Below, piece after piece: positions 38,322 through 51,200 of a stretch of DNA of 64,000 nt; positions within the stretch are counted from its first letter, which is position 1; each line of letters opens with the position of its first letter. Made by a program: the position numbers and the translations under genes. This DNA is from Oopsacas minuta (Eukaryota; Animalia; Porifera), in the NCBI GenBank assembly GCA_024704765.1, contig JAKMXF010000244.1, positions 301,905-365,904 of the forward strand, written 5' to 3'. The notes beneath the pieces were generated by a model. It was not told the origin of the DNA and searched no databases. It was given only the letters and a program-made list of their open reading frames with translations.

Positions 38322-38592
38322 TATCTATTGTGGAGGGAGAATAAGAATTTGTTTTAATTAGAGCATCAATATCATGATGAGCTGAAGAAAGTTTAGGAGA
38401 CCCCAATGAGGCATCGGGGTCAAAGGTTTTCCACTTACTGATACAACTATCTGAGTCTTTCTTTTGATCTTGCATACTAATTGCCAAGGCAAGGTTTATG
38501 ATTGCTTCGTCCTCCATAGTATTATTAGGATCCATTCCCATATGAGAGAGGATCTGATGATCCTCCAAAACTGATTCAATTTCTTTCCCTTC
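38322..38592 (-). CDS. UBR4: UBR4-like exon with UIM-like motif (phase 0 to 1)
   Basis: Encodes MDPNNTMEDEAIINLALAISMQDQ, resembling recalled UBR4 IPPDADDETMVELAIALSLQQDQ. Acceptor TTTCTTGCTAG|GAA; donor GATA|GTAAGT; length 271 bp. Confidence 0.75.
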
Positions 38593-40269
38593 CTAGCAAG
38601 AAATTTAATTAAGACTGGCAACAAGAGAGGGCATAATTTTCAATTTTGTTAGCTTGAATTGCTATTTACTGACAATAATTTGGCCTATTATGATCTCTTA
38701 AAAACGTTTTCACCCTCTTCAGCAAATTATAGACTCAGGTAACTATATTCGTAGCTAGAAATTTCAAGTAGAAATAGAAATTTGATGTAATCTATATAGT
38801 AGAATCGCTGAATATAATTCAAGAAATTTGTTGTTTTAAATTTGGCATCAGATCATACTCGTATTACTTGATAAGTTTATATCACAATGAGCTCAATACA
38901 TTCACAGTCTATATACTACTGAATCTCCGTATAGTATTGTGATTGGCTTTCAGAAACTGCGGGTATCGCTTTTAGGAACGGCAGAAAGAACAAATTGGAT
39001 ATATGACACATCCTCATCTACTCAAATGTCTTAAGTTATATTACATTGGCCACTTAAGAATAGAAGAGTAGGTGATATTTGTTTGGTAATTTTGCAGTTG
39101 CTGACTAATTTGTTCGGCAGTAAATACTCGATAAAAGAACATATTTTGCTACTTCCAAGGGTGTTCTTATAAGAGATACCATTGTAAAAATGATTGATAA
39201 ATAAGACCCAAATGATTGAAAATATGAAAGTGTTTAAATTGATAAATTCCATGCATTTTATTGTGTAAACATATTCTGTTGTCTTCTATCATTATAGAAT
39301 ATTGCAACTTCATTATGGAACTGGGACATGGGGCATGTTCGGATAACCAAAGATTCCGAGGAATGGAAGTTTAGAGGCATTTAGGCCTGGCTCAGACAAA
39401 TTCGAGCCTTGGACGAAAAGTCATAACTATGATCAAATTATGATATCATTGTCACCTTTGGGGATATTCGAAAAATTACATTATTAACTTCTGTTAGCCA
39501 ATGTACATGAAAGATGTTTGAAATTAGAATCACAACTACACCTCAATGTGACAAAGGTCCTGAAGTCATGATTCTGATCAAATGCTGACACGTTGTGGGA
39601 TTACAAATTCTAGTCATAGTTGAAAACAGAGCTGATATAGCTCTACATTTGACAGAAATAGATCCGCAATAAGCGACTTTCGATCCATGATAAATACAGT
39701 TTTGAATGCTAATTCTAACAGTTTAATAAATCATACATCATGTATCGGGATTGACCATATATGGTAGGTTTTTTCATAACTTAGCAACCGTTAGAGATGA
39801 GTCAGTATTTGGCCAAAATGATGACGTCAGGACATTTGGAATAATGAAGAGTATCTGAGATTCATAATTTCAAATCTTCTGCATGTATATGGGCTGAGCA
39901 GTGAATATTAAGGTGATTATTTAATAATCCACAAAGGGGAAAATTATGTCATAATTTCATCATCGGTGTGAATTTTCGTCCGATCCAGGCCTAAAATACC
40001 CGTGTATGCCAAAAGTCACCTAACTTGATTAACTGAATCTTTTATATTATACTTTATGGAATTTTCAATGGAGTATAAGAACATTCTATGCGGTTAAAGA
40101 ACGCTATTAGAGTAGTAATCTTATTGGTTCTTATTACCTGTATGTTTGTAGAATTTGAATAAATAATACAAAGGATATGATAACAGGTTACAAAATATTG
40201 TTCATACGTGTAGATTTGTTTAATGAAGAGTTCTCATAACCAGCACCCACAATTTACTACATGCTGGTT

Positions 40270-42700
40270 CACAGTGGCAAGAAATGGCTAAAACCTGGAA
40301 GTAGGTAATAGGGTACTAGACAACGTATTAAACTCTATTATTGACATATGGGGAATCGTACCCAAGGAATCGATGGACGTAACTAGATCTTTCTAAGTCT
40401 TTGGGTGTGAAAGTAATGACGTCATTGGCCACATTCAAAAATATTTTGATTTTTTTATCGATTTTAATTTATCCAATTTGCGAGCTATAGGTTCAGAAAT
40501 TGAATGTTTTATGTTTTGATATTATTAATATTATTCAATGTACATTTTTATCACTTATGAAACGGCATTTCTTGTAAAAATGACCTACCGTTCATTGAAA
40601 TATAAACTATAACGTATTTATAATTAAAGAATTCACCCAAATATCGTAACAGCTCTTTAACTCAGATGATCTGGCTCCGAATCGTTTTTGGTAATATTAC
40701 GAAAGGATGCTAAAATTGGATCACTTTGAGAGATAAACCTAACGAACACATCTTTAACGTTGTCCTCAAAGCTAAATTTTCTTGAGAGTCTCTCACGGTA
40801 TGCCTGACCAATTTATTACAAGATTCAAGGCTTTCTTCAGACAAATCTTCTAAATCAAACCCATCGTTCTGGTCTGCAATTATTTGTGGTGCATGGGCTA
40901 GAAGTTTATGTAAAGTAGGGGTCATATATGGCCATGAAAGATTGATTATAATGGATTCGTAAGTTTCTCGGCATACATTATCAAGGCCTCAGTATCCATT
41001 TTCCTGTTGCTATTATACAATCTCAGGATAGCACTCAAATTATTTAGGATTGTAGTGACAACTTGATGTGTCTCTTGAAGAACAACAGTCAATAGAGAAA
41101 ATCTTGCACAGTATCATCGCTACGTGTGAAGCATCTCCGAACAACATTTCCAGTTGTTGTGGTCCCTCCTTGGACTGATGATGTGTCAATGGATATACTA
41201 TGTTTTTCTTCAATAAAGGCTAGTAGTACATTCCTTGGCCAAAGAATTATTGGCGAAGTTGGTGACCATTTTTTAATAGCACCACACTGTAAATGGCAAA
41301 TCAATAATAGGAACCAACTAAATGTTCTCAAATATGCATGTAGAGGGGAAGCTGATATGATATCTTTTCTGAGATCGGTTTGTGTGCTAAATTGAATCTT
41401 TGATTTGTTGGCAAAGATAAAATTCTTCCTCATCACCCTCATCATACATGAGCATCACGGATAGTCCTATTAATGGGGAAGCCATTATGAACTATGCTAA
41501 TATCGTGTATCTGTTGGAACGTTGCAGTACACATTTGATAATTAGCACCACCTGCACCGCTTAAGATTTTTGCTATCTCTGTGTCGAAATGAGATCTTAT
41601 GATCTTGACCTCTGCATTGCCATTGTGTAAACACAAACCACTCTCTTCAATAGTTTAAGTTTCGTTATTTATTAATGAGTCCATCAAAAACTTGACACTC
41701 TCTTCATTTTCTGGAGGGCCAAGAGGACAACTGGTCGAGTGCAAAATGGCGAATTCGGATGATGAGGTTTCCATAAGATATGATCGTTTGCATTTATGAT
41801 TGCGCTAACCTTGAAACCAAATAAAATGAAGGTTTTAATCGAGAGGCCAGGGTTAGATATAGCTTGCAGGTAAACTCGATAACACCCAGATTCATCTAAG
41901 CTATTGGATACTCGAACTTTAAGCGGATAGACAAGGTTATCAAGACTTAAGTTAGATACAATTCGTTCAACTGTATGGGTGAGTAGTCTGGTGTAAGAAA
42001 TAGCTACTCCACATGGAAATTCTCTATGAATTATACGCACCTCATCCAGCAAATTAATTTGAGCCCGATGTTTAGCTATACTATTGTAGCCTAATAACTT
42101 GAGATCTTCAGATAGTAACGTGCGCCGAAGTTCTAAACACTCTGTTTTACCGATCTCAAGCGAATCGAAAAGAAAGGCAGATTTATCAAGTGATAATTGT
42201 GGATAGATAGGAGATGAGTTTCCCTCCTCGAGTATCTCTTTACAAACATTGGCACTATTCATGTCCTGCTCTTCATTGCAACAAAGTAGTAAGAGATAAG
42301 TTGCAAGAGTCTTTGGAGAGACATGCTCGTTTTCAGCGACTGATTCGAGGTGAGACTTAAGAGAAGAGAGCCGATTTCTCAAACCTTTCGTCGTTAAGTC
42401 AGCGAGCAATTTCTTTCTTGAAAGATTAAAGTCTTCTTCAAAGTTAATGGTTAATGAAGAAGAGGCACTTAACCTAGACTTCTTTGGCAGAGGACAGAAG
42501 CACATGGAATTCCAAGTATCAAGGTCCGAATATTTATGAAAAGAGGCTCTCTCTTTTTGAATATCATTGAACTTCAGACGAAAGAAATTTTACTGATCTC
42601 GATTAAAACCATGAGTTGAAATAAATTATTCTGCGATTGAACAAGTGCCAAGTAATTTATGCTCACAATAAAACTGAAAAGCTTGAAGGTTGTTCATTTT
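40270..42700 (-). mobile_element. RAG1-like/Transib-superfamily transposon, copy 2 (5' end not found)
   Basis: CACAGTGG terminus at 40270 lies about 390 bp past the 3' end of a RAG1-like pseudogene. No matching 5' TIR seen. Confidence 0.65.
40657..42690 (-). pseudogene. RAG1-like transposase pseudogene (copy 2)
   Basis: RKKLLADLTTKGLRNRLSSLKSHLESVAENE...LATYLLLL resembles RAG1 NBD [31 protein letters not shown]...LFLLAL. Also KVRVSNSLDESG, RSHFDTEIAKILSGAGG, TTTGNVVRRCF, TPTLHKLLAHAPQII (RAG1 TNYFHKTLAHVPEII) and LSEESLESCNKLVR. Confidence 0.85.
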
Positions 42701-43696
42701 CTAGATAATTAATACATTATTTATTAACAATATTGTAGGTACAGCACAAAAAGTAAGATTAAATATATATATGCATGTTTGTTTTATAAGCTATTACAAT
42801 ACATTCTGAAATCTAAGAATTAAGGAACTATTGACGAAACTTTTTCCACAGTAGAAGAGTGTTGATTTTTTACTGGAATCTTTGTAAAAATACGTGATGA
42901 GAACATTTATTTATATTAATTACAAGCTGAATTTCTAAACACAAGCATAAAGTTGTAAATAACTACACGTTTTGATTATATCGCTAAGCAACCATAATAT
43001 TTATATAAATTTTGAAAAGAGAATGTTTAGAAATATTAGATAAATTCAAAAGTTCATGTGATTGAAACTATATTTGCGCGAATTTTTGGGAACCTGGAAA
43101 TTGTTGTATTTTGTAGAGGATTAAAAATGCTATATTATAAAACTCAGGAGACAACTTGACAGAATGCGACAGATGATGTTATGAGACTTCGAAATTGAGT
43201 GACGACAGAAATATCCAACAGAAAAATATATCCAAATATTTGAGCTATTTTAAGGATTTACTATTTGAACTCCACTTATATAATCACTATAATAACAGAG
43301 TAGTGGAAAATGCAATGGAATGAAGTCTTTGGAATGTATTAGTTACTTAGATACTGGAATTTAAGTTCATTGGTATAAATGAATATCTGTGGTTTTCAAG
43401 AATAATTTCTGAGCAAGAAATTGTAATGCTTATATACATACCAGTTGTTCCTAAACTAAATGATGGATCATAATAATTTTAGAAATTTCAAGTAATTGGA
43501 TATTTCCCTTTCCAATGAACTTTAAATGGTTACTAAATATCGGATTGAAATTTTGACCAATTTCCAGAGGATATGCCAATGTGAGGTTATAGAACATGCC
43601 GGAGAAAGAACTATGTATAATTTAAGAAGATAATCTTATAATTGGCATTCAATGTTTATGCATACAAAGTAATTGCGTATCAATAGTATGGATATA

Positions 43697-44611
43697 CTCT
43701 AGGTGGACAAAAGTATTTCAACACACAAATATATTGTCATAAATTGTATACTCTTTCCCGTTCCTATATATTGTGTACTCTATATTCGTAGCTGCTATGT
43801 AGTAATTTGTATTGAATAACATATGTTTTTCAAGAATTTCAAAAAAATATTTTCGATTTACACTTTTTGAAAGTGTTAATTATTAATAATTATTAGATAA
43901 TTATTGATAATCAAAATATGTGGTAATTCAAAGCCTATTAAGAATCTATAATTTCTGACTTGATATTTGAATTCTACGTAGGTGCGTTACCCCAGATTGA
44001 AATTTCCAATCGGATTGAACAATTTTTACAAAGGCATAGAAGAATTTCAATTTGTCCTACTTGTACCACTTTTTGAAAAAAGTGGCACAGGTGGCAGGAA
44101 AAAGCGCCGCTACAAGGAAAGCAACTAGGGCTAGGAGGAATAAGTCGAAGTAATATTTTCGAATGATATGACTATGCTAACCCTTGAATTCCATAATAAC
44201 CTCTTGGTAGTGGCCATTTGTGCCACCTTGGGTAAAAGGTGGCAGAAATGGCACAAATTGAAATTCATCTATAACTCCGGTAAAAATTGTTCAATCCGAT
44301 TGGAAATTTCAATCTGGGGTAACGCACCTACGTAGAATTCAAATATCAAGTCAGAAATTATAGATTCTTAATAGGCTTTGAATTACCACATATTTTGATT
44401 ATCAATAATTATCTAATAATTATTAATAATTAACACTTTCAAAAAGTGTAAATCGAAAATATTTTTTTGAAATTCTTGAAAAACATATGTTATTCAATAC
44501 AATTACTACATAGCAGCTACGAATATAGAGTACACAATATATAGGAACGGGAAAGAGTATACAATTTATGACAGTATATTTGTGTGTTGAAATACTTTTG
44601 TCCACTTAGAG
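43697..44611. mobile_element. Foldback-like non-autonomous element with about 333-bp TIRs
   Basis: Arms 43697-44029 and 44280-44611 are near-perfect inverted repeats beginning CTCTA(G/A)GTGGACAAAAGTATTTC. TA on both flanks; about 250-bp spacer with further degenerate symmetry. Confidence 0.9.
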
Positions 44612-44969
44612 TATGTTAGTATTTCCAAAATTCATTCAAGAAACTGTAAGCCCCATAGGGCTGATTTTGACATACAGAGGTATTTGGGGCTTGGATGGGA
44701 AAGTTCGAGTCATGTACGAGAAATCAAACCAATGCCGAAATCATGACCGTATATTCATTTTTGTAGATTTCAAAAATCACTTTATTAACTGATGGTGCCA
44801 ATATATATGAGAGAAGTTTGAAATTTTGAATCACAGGTAGCCCTGAATGTGACAAATGTCCCAAGGTCATGATTTGAACAAAAGCTAATTCATCATGGGA
44901 TAATTAAGTCAATTTTACAAATTTCTTAATACTCGAGACACGAAGTAACGAAATTGCTGACCATAAACG

Positions 44970-45200
44970 ACATAACATCTTCAGTATCACAACAGAAGTG
45001 AATTGAATGTAATATGGATGGGTCATGCATAATTACATCAAAAATCTAAACTATTCTGGGAATTAGAGGCACCTGGTGCCGAGTATATTCTGTCGCGTAG
45101 CGACCAATAACACTAAAAAATTTAGAAGTTTAATAATTAAGCTAACCTTAAGCTAACTTTAAGCACTAAGCTGTCAAGCAGCAACCTAGCATTCCAAAGG
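44970..45200 (+). repeat. Dispersed Helitron-like repeat, degenerate 3' part
   Basis: CATAACATCTTCAGTATCAC...GAGTATATTCTGTCGCGTAGCGACCAA...CTAAGCTGTC, matching the 32600 copy. Confidence 0.55.
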
Positions 45201-48200
45201 CGGGAATAGTGAATAATTGCACAGTTTTTGTGACTGGCCTCAAAAGTTGAATACAGTCACCTATGTATACGAAATCTATGTCATCAATGGTTAAACTGGA
45301 AATTGAGTAAGTTATGATTTAGACTGACGAAATTCCCCACATATATAGATTTATCAAAAGATCTACATGCATTTAGAGACAAAAAGGAAGGACATTTGCA
45401 AGTAACACACGTTATTGTAGATCAATGTTTACTCTAAGCATTCCACACCGCGGTTTGGTATAATACAATATCAATATTTGTATTCGTAAACCTTCGACAG
45501 TTAACCAAATTTAAATATTCTATCAAATTACAATCGTGATGCTTTTGTATTTCAAAAGTCTATAACGTCATTGAGAGAGGGAGGTTTGGAGTGTATAGAA
45601 CTATATGACATAGAAGAGGCTCAACATGATGCTATGCTATTCTATATAAATTCAGCGACTTGAGGAATAGCAGAGAATTGTACTGCAAAAATGACATTAG
45701 CAAATGGGGAAGACAATTTCATGAATGACAACAGTACCCCAGTACTGAAGAGGCGGTTGTCATCGTAGTCTATTCTCCAAATCAAATAACTAATATAAAA
45801 CTCAACAATAATGTGTAAAGTTTTTGTGTATTAGCTTTTCTATCTCGAGGAAAAGTTCCTTTTTCGGATTTATAAGAGGCACATTTTAGAATGAGGGCAC
45901 GAGGTTTCTGTATTGCAAAAAACTGGACTACACTATAGCTCAGCTATTTACAAGAATGTCTCTGCCAATACGTCTAAAGATATTCGTAAACAATTATTTT
46001 AATTAACAATTAAGGAACAATGCTTAGGTCTCGGGCCATATATTTCATTCATGAATACTTTGGCAGAGAAAGAAAAGGGTAGATACAAATTAATTGCTGT
46101 AAATCAATCGCAAAATCATTCCTGCCTCTGTAGGTGATAACTCAATAGTCTTTTTGTTTCAAGAGACATTTCCCCTTCCACTACAAATCGAGAAACGAAA
46201 AGAAAATGGACCTAAACCTGCTATAAATCAGATGTTGTTTCTTTAGTCAAGCATATAGATGTATCATAGTTTCGCTCTGAAATTACGATTGACAAAGAAT
46301 ATATATTCATTTCTAACAGCCATGATATGAAAATTAGTATTGAAGTATCATACACTTCAATCTTGAGGTAGACGTTTGTTAGGGTATTCTAATCAATATC
46401 TCCTGTTGAGGATGTACCTTATCCTTTTAATTCCTACCATATCGGATGGTCTGGACGTTTCTTGATCGCACACGGTCTATAACCAGCTCCAAGAGACGCC
46501 ATCATAAAATTACCTGGTTTGCTACAAAAAAAAGAAAATGAAGATAATGTTAGACATCCCTCGAAATATACATCAATCCATTATAGTTATTGTCTAACTG
46601 ATTCGAACCATCACCGCACTGCAACATTCAAACAGCTAAATAATATTGAGCTAATGAGGGAAGTGTCTCAGAATAATCGACAATATCAGCTGAGAAGAAC
46701 TATTTTAATCAGAATGTAAGGAAGAATTCTAGCTCAAATGATCGTTTTGGAGTAACTTGGGAGCCTATATCGGATATTGACATCATTTGTTCATCACCAT
46801 TACATGCCTATACCTGTGTATTTCGATGGTTCATGATGCAAATCTATCACCTGCAAAAAGGAACAATAAGTGGTCGCAATCTTAAAAGGAAGATACAATT
46901 CTATGTAAGGTTACCTCATTGGATAAACTCACTAATAGCTACCTTGGCAAAATTATCATTCACTAGTAACACTCTTAATGTGCAACAGTGATTGAGTGTT
47001 GAATATAGAAAACCTTAAAATGGAATTAATGTATAGATAAAGAACCGTCTCACTTACACAGACATAATAAGAGATAGTGACTCCGATTCAGATCAGGTGC
47101 TCTACCTTGATTTATTATAAATTTTGATCCAAAACAAGTATTAGATCTGAATCTCTTGCAGTACTATTATTGTATTTATGAACTATTATATCTAATGTAC
47201 ATGGTTGATTCAGCCAATGAAACATTTCGCATAGCGTGATAATTAATTAATAATGACAAGAGATAGATTTTGACGAAAAAGGATTGTTTTCGATAATCGA
47301 TTTAATAAATCTCAATAATAGTGCATCAATGCCTAGCTACATTGTCTTCCTATTTCCACTTGCACCATAAAAAAACCCAGGATTAACAAAAATATTGTTT
47401 AAGCGAAAGCTTTACAGGGGATTGAGAACTGGGGGGAGATGTTTTGTATTCGGAAATATTTTAGATAGCTTGTAAGGGAAATTTAGCGTAAGGGTTAGAA
47501 AATAAAACATATTCTTCCCTAAGATACGATAGAAATAATTCGAATATTTGTCAAACTTAATGAAAGATTGAAAAAATTGGAAATAGTCATGATGATAATT
47601 ATCAATAGAGGAAATAGTACGAATAACAAATTATTGACATAGCTCGAGTGTTATCGGGGACAAGAAATACACACGAAACTCTCTGAAACAGGCAGTTCCT
47701 TGCCGGAGGCTGTCCGGAAGTCAGAATTTGATATAGTTCGATAGCTAGATAAATGTGAAAATTCGGATTTTGGTAATTCGAACAATATTCATCAAAAGCC
47801 TCAAAATTCCAGGCAAAATAGTGAACACAATGGACACAATATCTTAAAGCAATGTTGCACTAATCCAAATAGAATTCTACACACCAAACGAAATAGTGAA
47901 CAAAATCGAAATAATCACTAATCACCAAAATATTTACCATAGCAGAGAAACAGGAGGTGAACTAGAAATTCTAACAAGTTAATACTTTGTTATTCGAACC
48001 ATTCCCAAAAGTATGATTAGAGAAAATTGATAATTGTACTATCCGAAATAAATCCTATTGTGGATATTCGTACTATTTTCGTATTTCCGAAGTCAATCCA
48101 ATGTCAGTTGATAAGTAAGCATTATTGCTTGATATCATTGAATTAGGATGAGAAAATACTAACACGAAGTGTCTATGTAAATAAGAAAACATCATCGTTA

Positions 48201-51200
48201 TATCGAATTCTTGACTCTTAGAATATAGCAATAACGTCAACCTAAGCATTTGAGTTAATATTTGAAAATACTGATGAATGCAGCGATCGGTATGGCGGTA
48301 TAGCATAAAAGAATCCGATAAATAGTTCGATATGTTGGTTCGAAACATCCCTACGCTGGTTAATTCCCAATTGCTATAACCATGAAAATATTCAACTACC
48401 TTGATGTTTCTGGATGTAATCAAATATAACATCTTTGAAGAATTAGACGTACAAATAATTCCTAGATCCCTTTAAGGAAAATGTGTGAGTCTCTATGTGC
48501 AGGTGAAGATTCAAACTGTCAATTAATTCCAAAGGTCTATGATCAAATTCGTGTAGTTAGGAGTTGAATGACAATTTTCAACGAGTTATAAATAAAAAAT
48601 TGGACCCTATTTGATAATACGCATGGTTATACAGTGTATAAAAAGAATTATATACTCAGTATTCACGACATAGCTTTTCTATATTCTACATATACCAGTT
48701 ATTGTGTGAAATGGAAAATGTTTGGAAAACTTTCTTTTTCATACCATTTTCAGAAATTGATTAGTGGAATTTGGGGAGACTTGGAGCGGTTTTACAAATC
48801 CTAAACTAGATTTACTTATCCAAATAGTTAATGAAAACATCCAATGAAAGATGGGAGTGAATAATAATATTGGGTCAAATACGAAATAAAACAGCGGGGA
48901 AGTTGAAACAAGCTCAGGAAGGTGGAAGATAATCTGTAATCTAATGAGCGAGGGGGGAGGGGCATTTATTCAAACCCCTAGAATAGGTTCTCAAGAATAA
49001 TATGAATATATAATTTTCCAGCAACATAAACATTCACATGCTTAGCCTGATTCGCAAATTTTTACCCCTGCCAGCCCTAAGAACAGGACAATAATTATCC
49101 AGTGTTAGTAGTGTACACTAATCGAACACAAGTTCTTGCACACAACAAAATATACAATTGTTTATAGTGGAAAGAAGGCAAATATTAGAATATGCATACG
49201 TCAATGTGCCTCAAAGGACTATTTGCCTAGGATAGTTAACATTTTACTAACAAAATCAATGAATATTTTGAAATACATGTTTTCTAGCCTGACTATACTT
49301 ATTAAAGAGATAATGAGCCAGGAATGTATTCTATCATTAATTGTACAAAATTCAAATGAGATGGTTCAAATGATAAGATTATAATATTTCCACTAATCGG
49401 TTCGAAAAATTCATACTGGTGTAATACACACCAGTAGATTCTGAATATGACAACAAAATTGCTCCATCTCATATGAAATAGTACAATTACGAATAGAATA
49501 TATCCCTAGATCATTATCTATATAATGAGTGAAGTCAGGCTAGAAAAATGTGCAATTCGAAAAATGTTCTTCGATTAGTTCAGGACAATGTCAACTAACA
49601 TAGTCAAATAGTTCTTTCAAATTAAATAATCGTATGCATAATCAAATAGTTGCCGTATTTCTACCATAGATAATTGTATATATTGTTATGTGCAAGTATC
49701 TCTGTTCAGTTAGTGTATATATGACCGAATGGTATATAAAGTAATACAACAGAGACATACCTCATTGGTTCTTTGTTTGTTTTCACGAAGATTAGATGTA
49801 TACATTGGAAGATCTGAAGTGTCAATTATACTCTGGTCGGTCACAGCAACATTATTGGGTTGATCTATACCTTCAGATGTAACACTAGTAAATCGATCAG
49901 ATGTCGCATTAGAAAAGTCTTCAAATGTAACAAGATCTAAAAAAAATTAATGAATTAAACAAATCTCTGGTTTAATAGATCAATCTTCATCACAAATTTT
50001 GAAATAAGTAAGTATTTCTCAACTCTCATGAGCGGAAGCGATATTACATATAATATCTTGAGAGAAGAACTGGGTAGAGAGGTACACAACGGGAAGCAAA
50101 AATTATTACGGGATAACAGAAGAAAATAAATGCTTTACTTCAGATAATCCCACAATACAATCAGTAGAAGAAGAAAATATATGTTCTGCAGAGAATTCAC
50201 ACGTAACTTAAAACATATTATGGTAAATATCAGAATATAGAGGGTCTTAATGTTTCTAGATCATAGATTTAAAGGAAGCCTAACACAAATCAAAATGAAT
50301 TTCTCTTGCTGAAGTATTTTCGATGACTTGCAATGACTTGCGCTGTGCGGCTCGCGAAAATCACATGTGCATAGGTGACTGGCTGGTCTATATTTTGTTC
50401 ATAATTAACGTTGACCTTAATAATTTTCTCGAAATTAAATAACTCAATATTGTGGTTCCATTGGCTGCTTTACTCGTTAAATTCATTTCATAATATGCTT
50501 TAACTAAAGAATAGTATTCAGCTGTTACTAAAATCTCCAATTAAATAGCAACTAATCTCGTTCATTCTTGAAGGGCCAATAAAGAAAATTGTATATCACA
50601 AATTTAGACCCCCCCTTGTCGGGATTTCCTGGCACCACCCCTGACTGGTAGCCCTCGCCTTTCGCGAGTTACCGTTCGCGGTTGATATTTTGTGTTTTGC
50701 TTTGTTGTTCTTGACTTATTCCCACGAAAATTCCTGATATTCCCTCACACTTCACCAATTTGACAAAAGATTTTTCTATATTATTGCCTATATTTCTATG
50801 GCCATCCTATTTTTAAGTTTGCATTTTCACCATCAGTTTTCTAATTATCATGTATCTCAATAATTCAAATATTCATGCCATATAAGTGCTAAGACTAAAA
50901 AGATATTTCAAGAATTTCCATTCTTTGCCTTTATGGCAAGTATTAAAACTCTTAAATTTCAACTCAATTAGTGAATTGAGCCTATAATTTCACTCGTAAC
51001 TATTAGTTATAATTTTTCAATTATGTTTAGTAGCACCGTATGTGTGTTGTCCTGAAGTCTGGGAACGTACCCAACTATTCTCATTAAGCTTTACTCTAGC
51101 CGTTTGAGAATTTGTCGTTCACGACAATTTCCAGAACGAAACCCCCTCGAACGGTTAGTGATACCTGTATTTAGCGTTATACTATGTATAAAGATCATCA

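Noticed and set aside
39031-39252. ORF with HFY..SKI..LLPNKLVSNCK resembling UBR4 HGY..SKI..LLCPDPAVSFSCK
   Set aside because: It competes with the 48073 candidate for the same UBR4 segment and has no phase-0 donor to join 38592.
46438-46521. Strong acceptor followed by SKPGNFMMASLGAG (UBR4 SKPKNAFLAP-like)
   Set aside because: Too short and ambiguous to assign without transcript data.
48073-48432. ORF with VVEYFHGYSNWEL resembling UBR4 LVDIIHGYCTCEL
   Set aside because: The similarity is short and no convincing phase-compatible donor was found; left unresolved.
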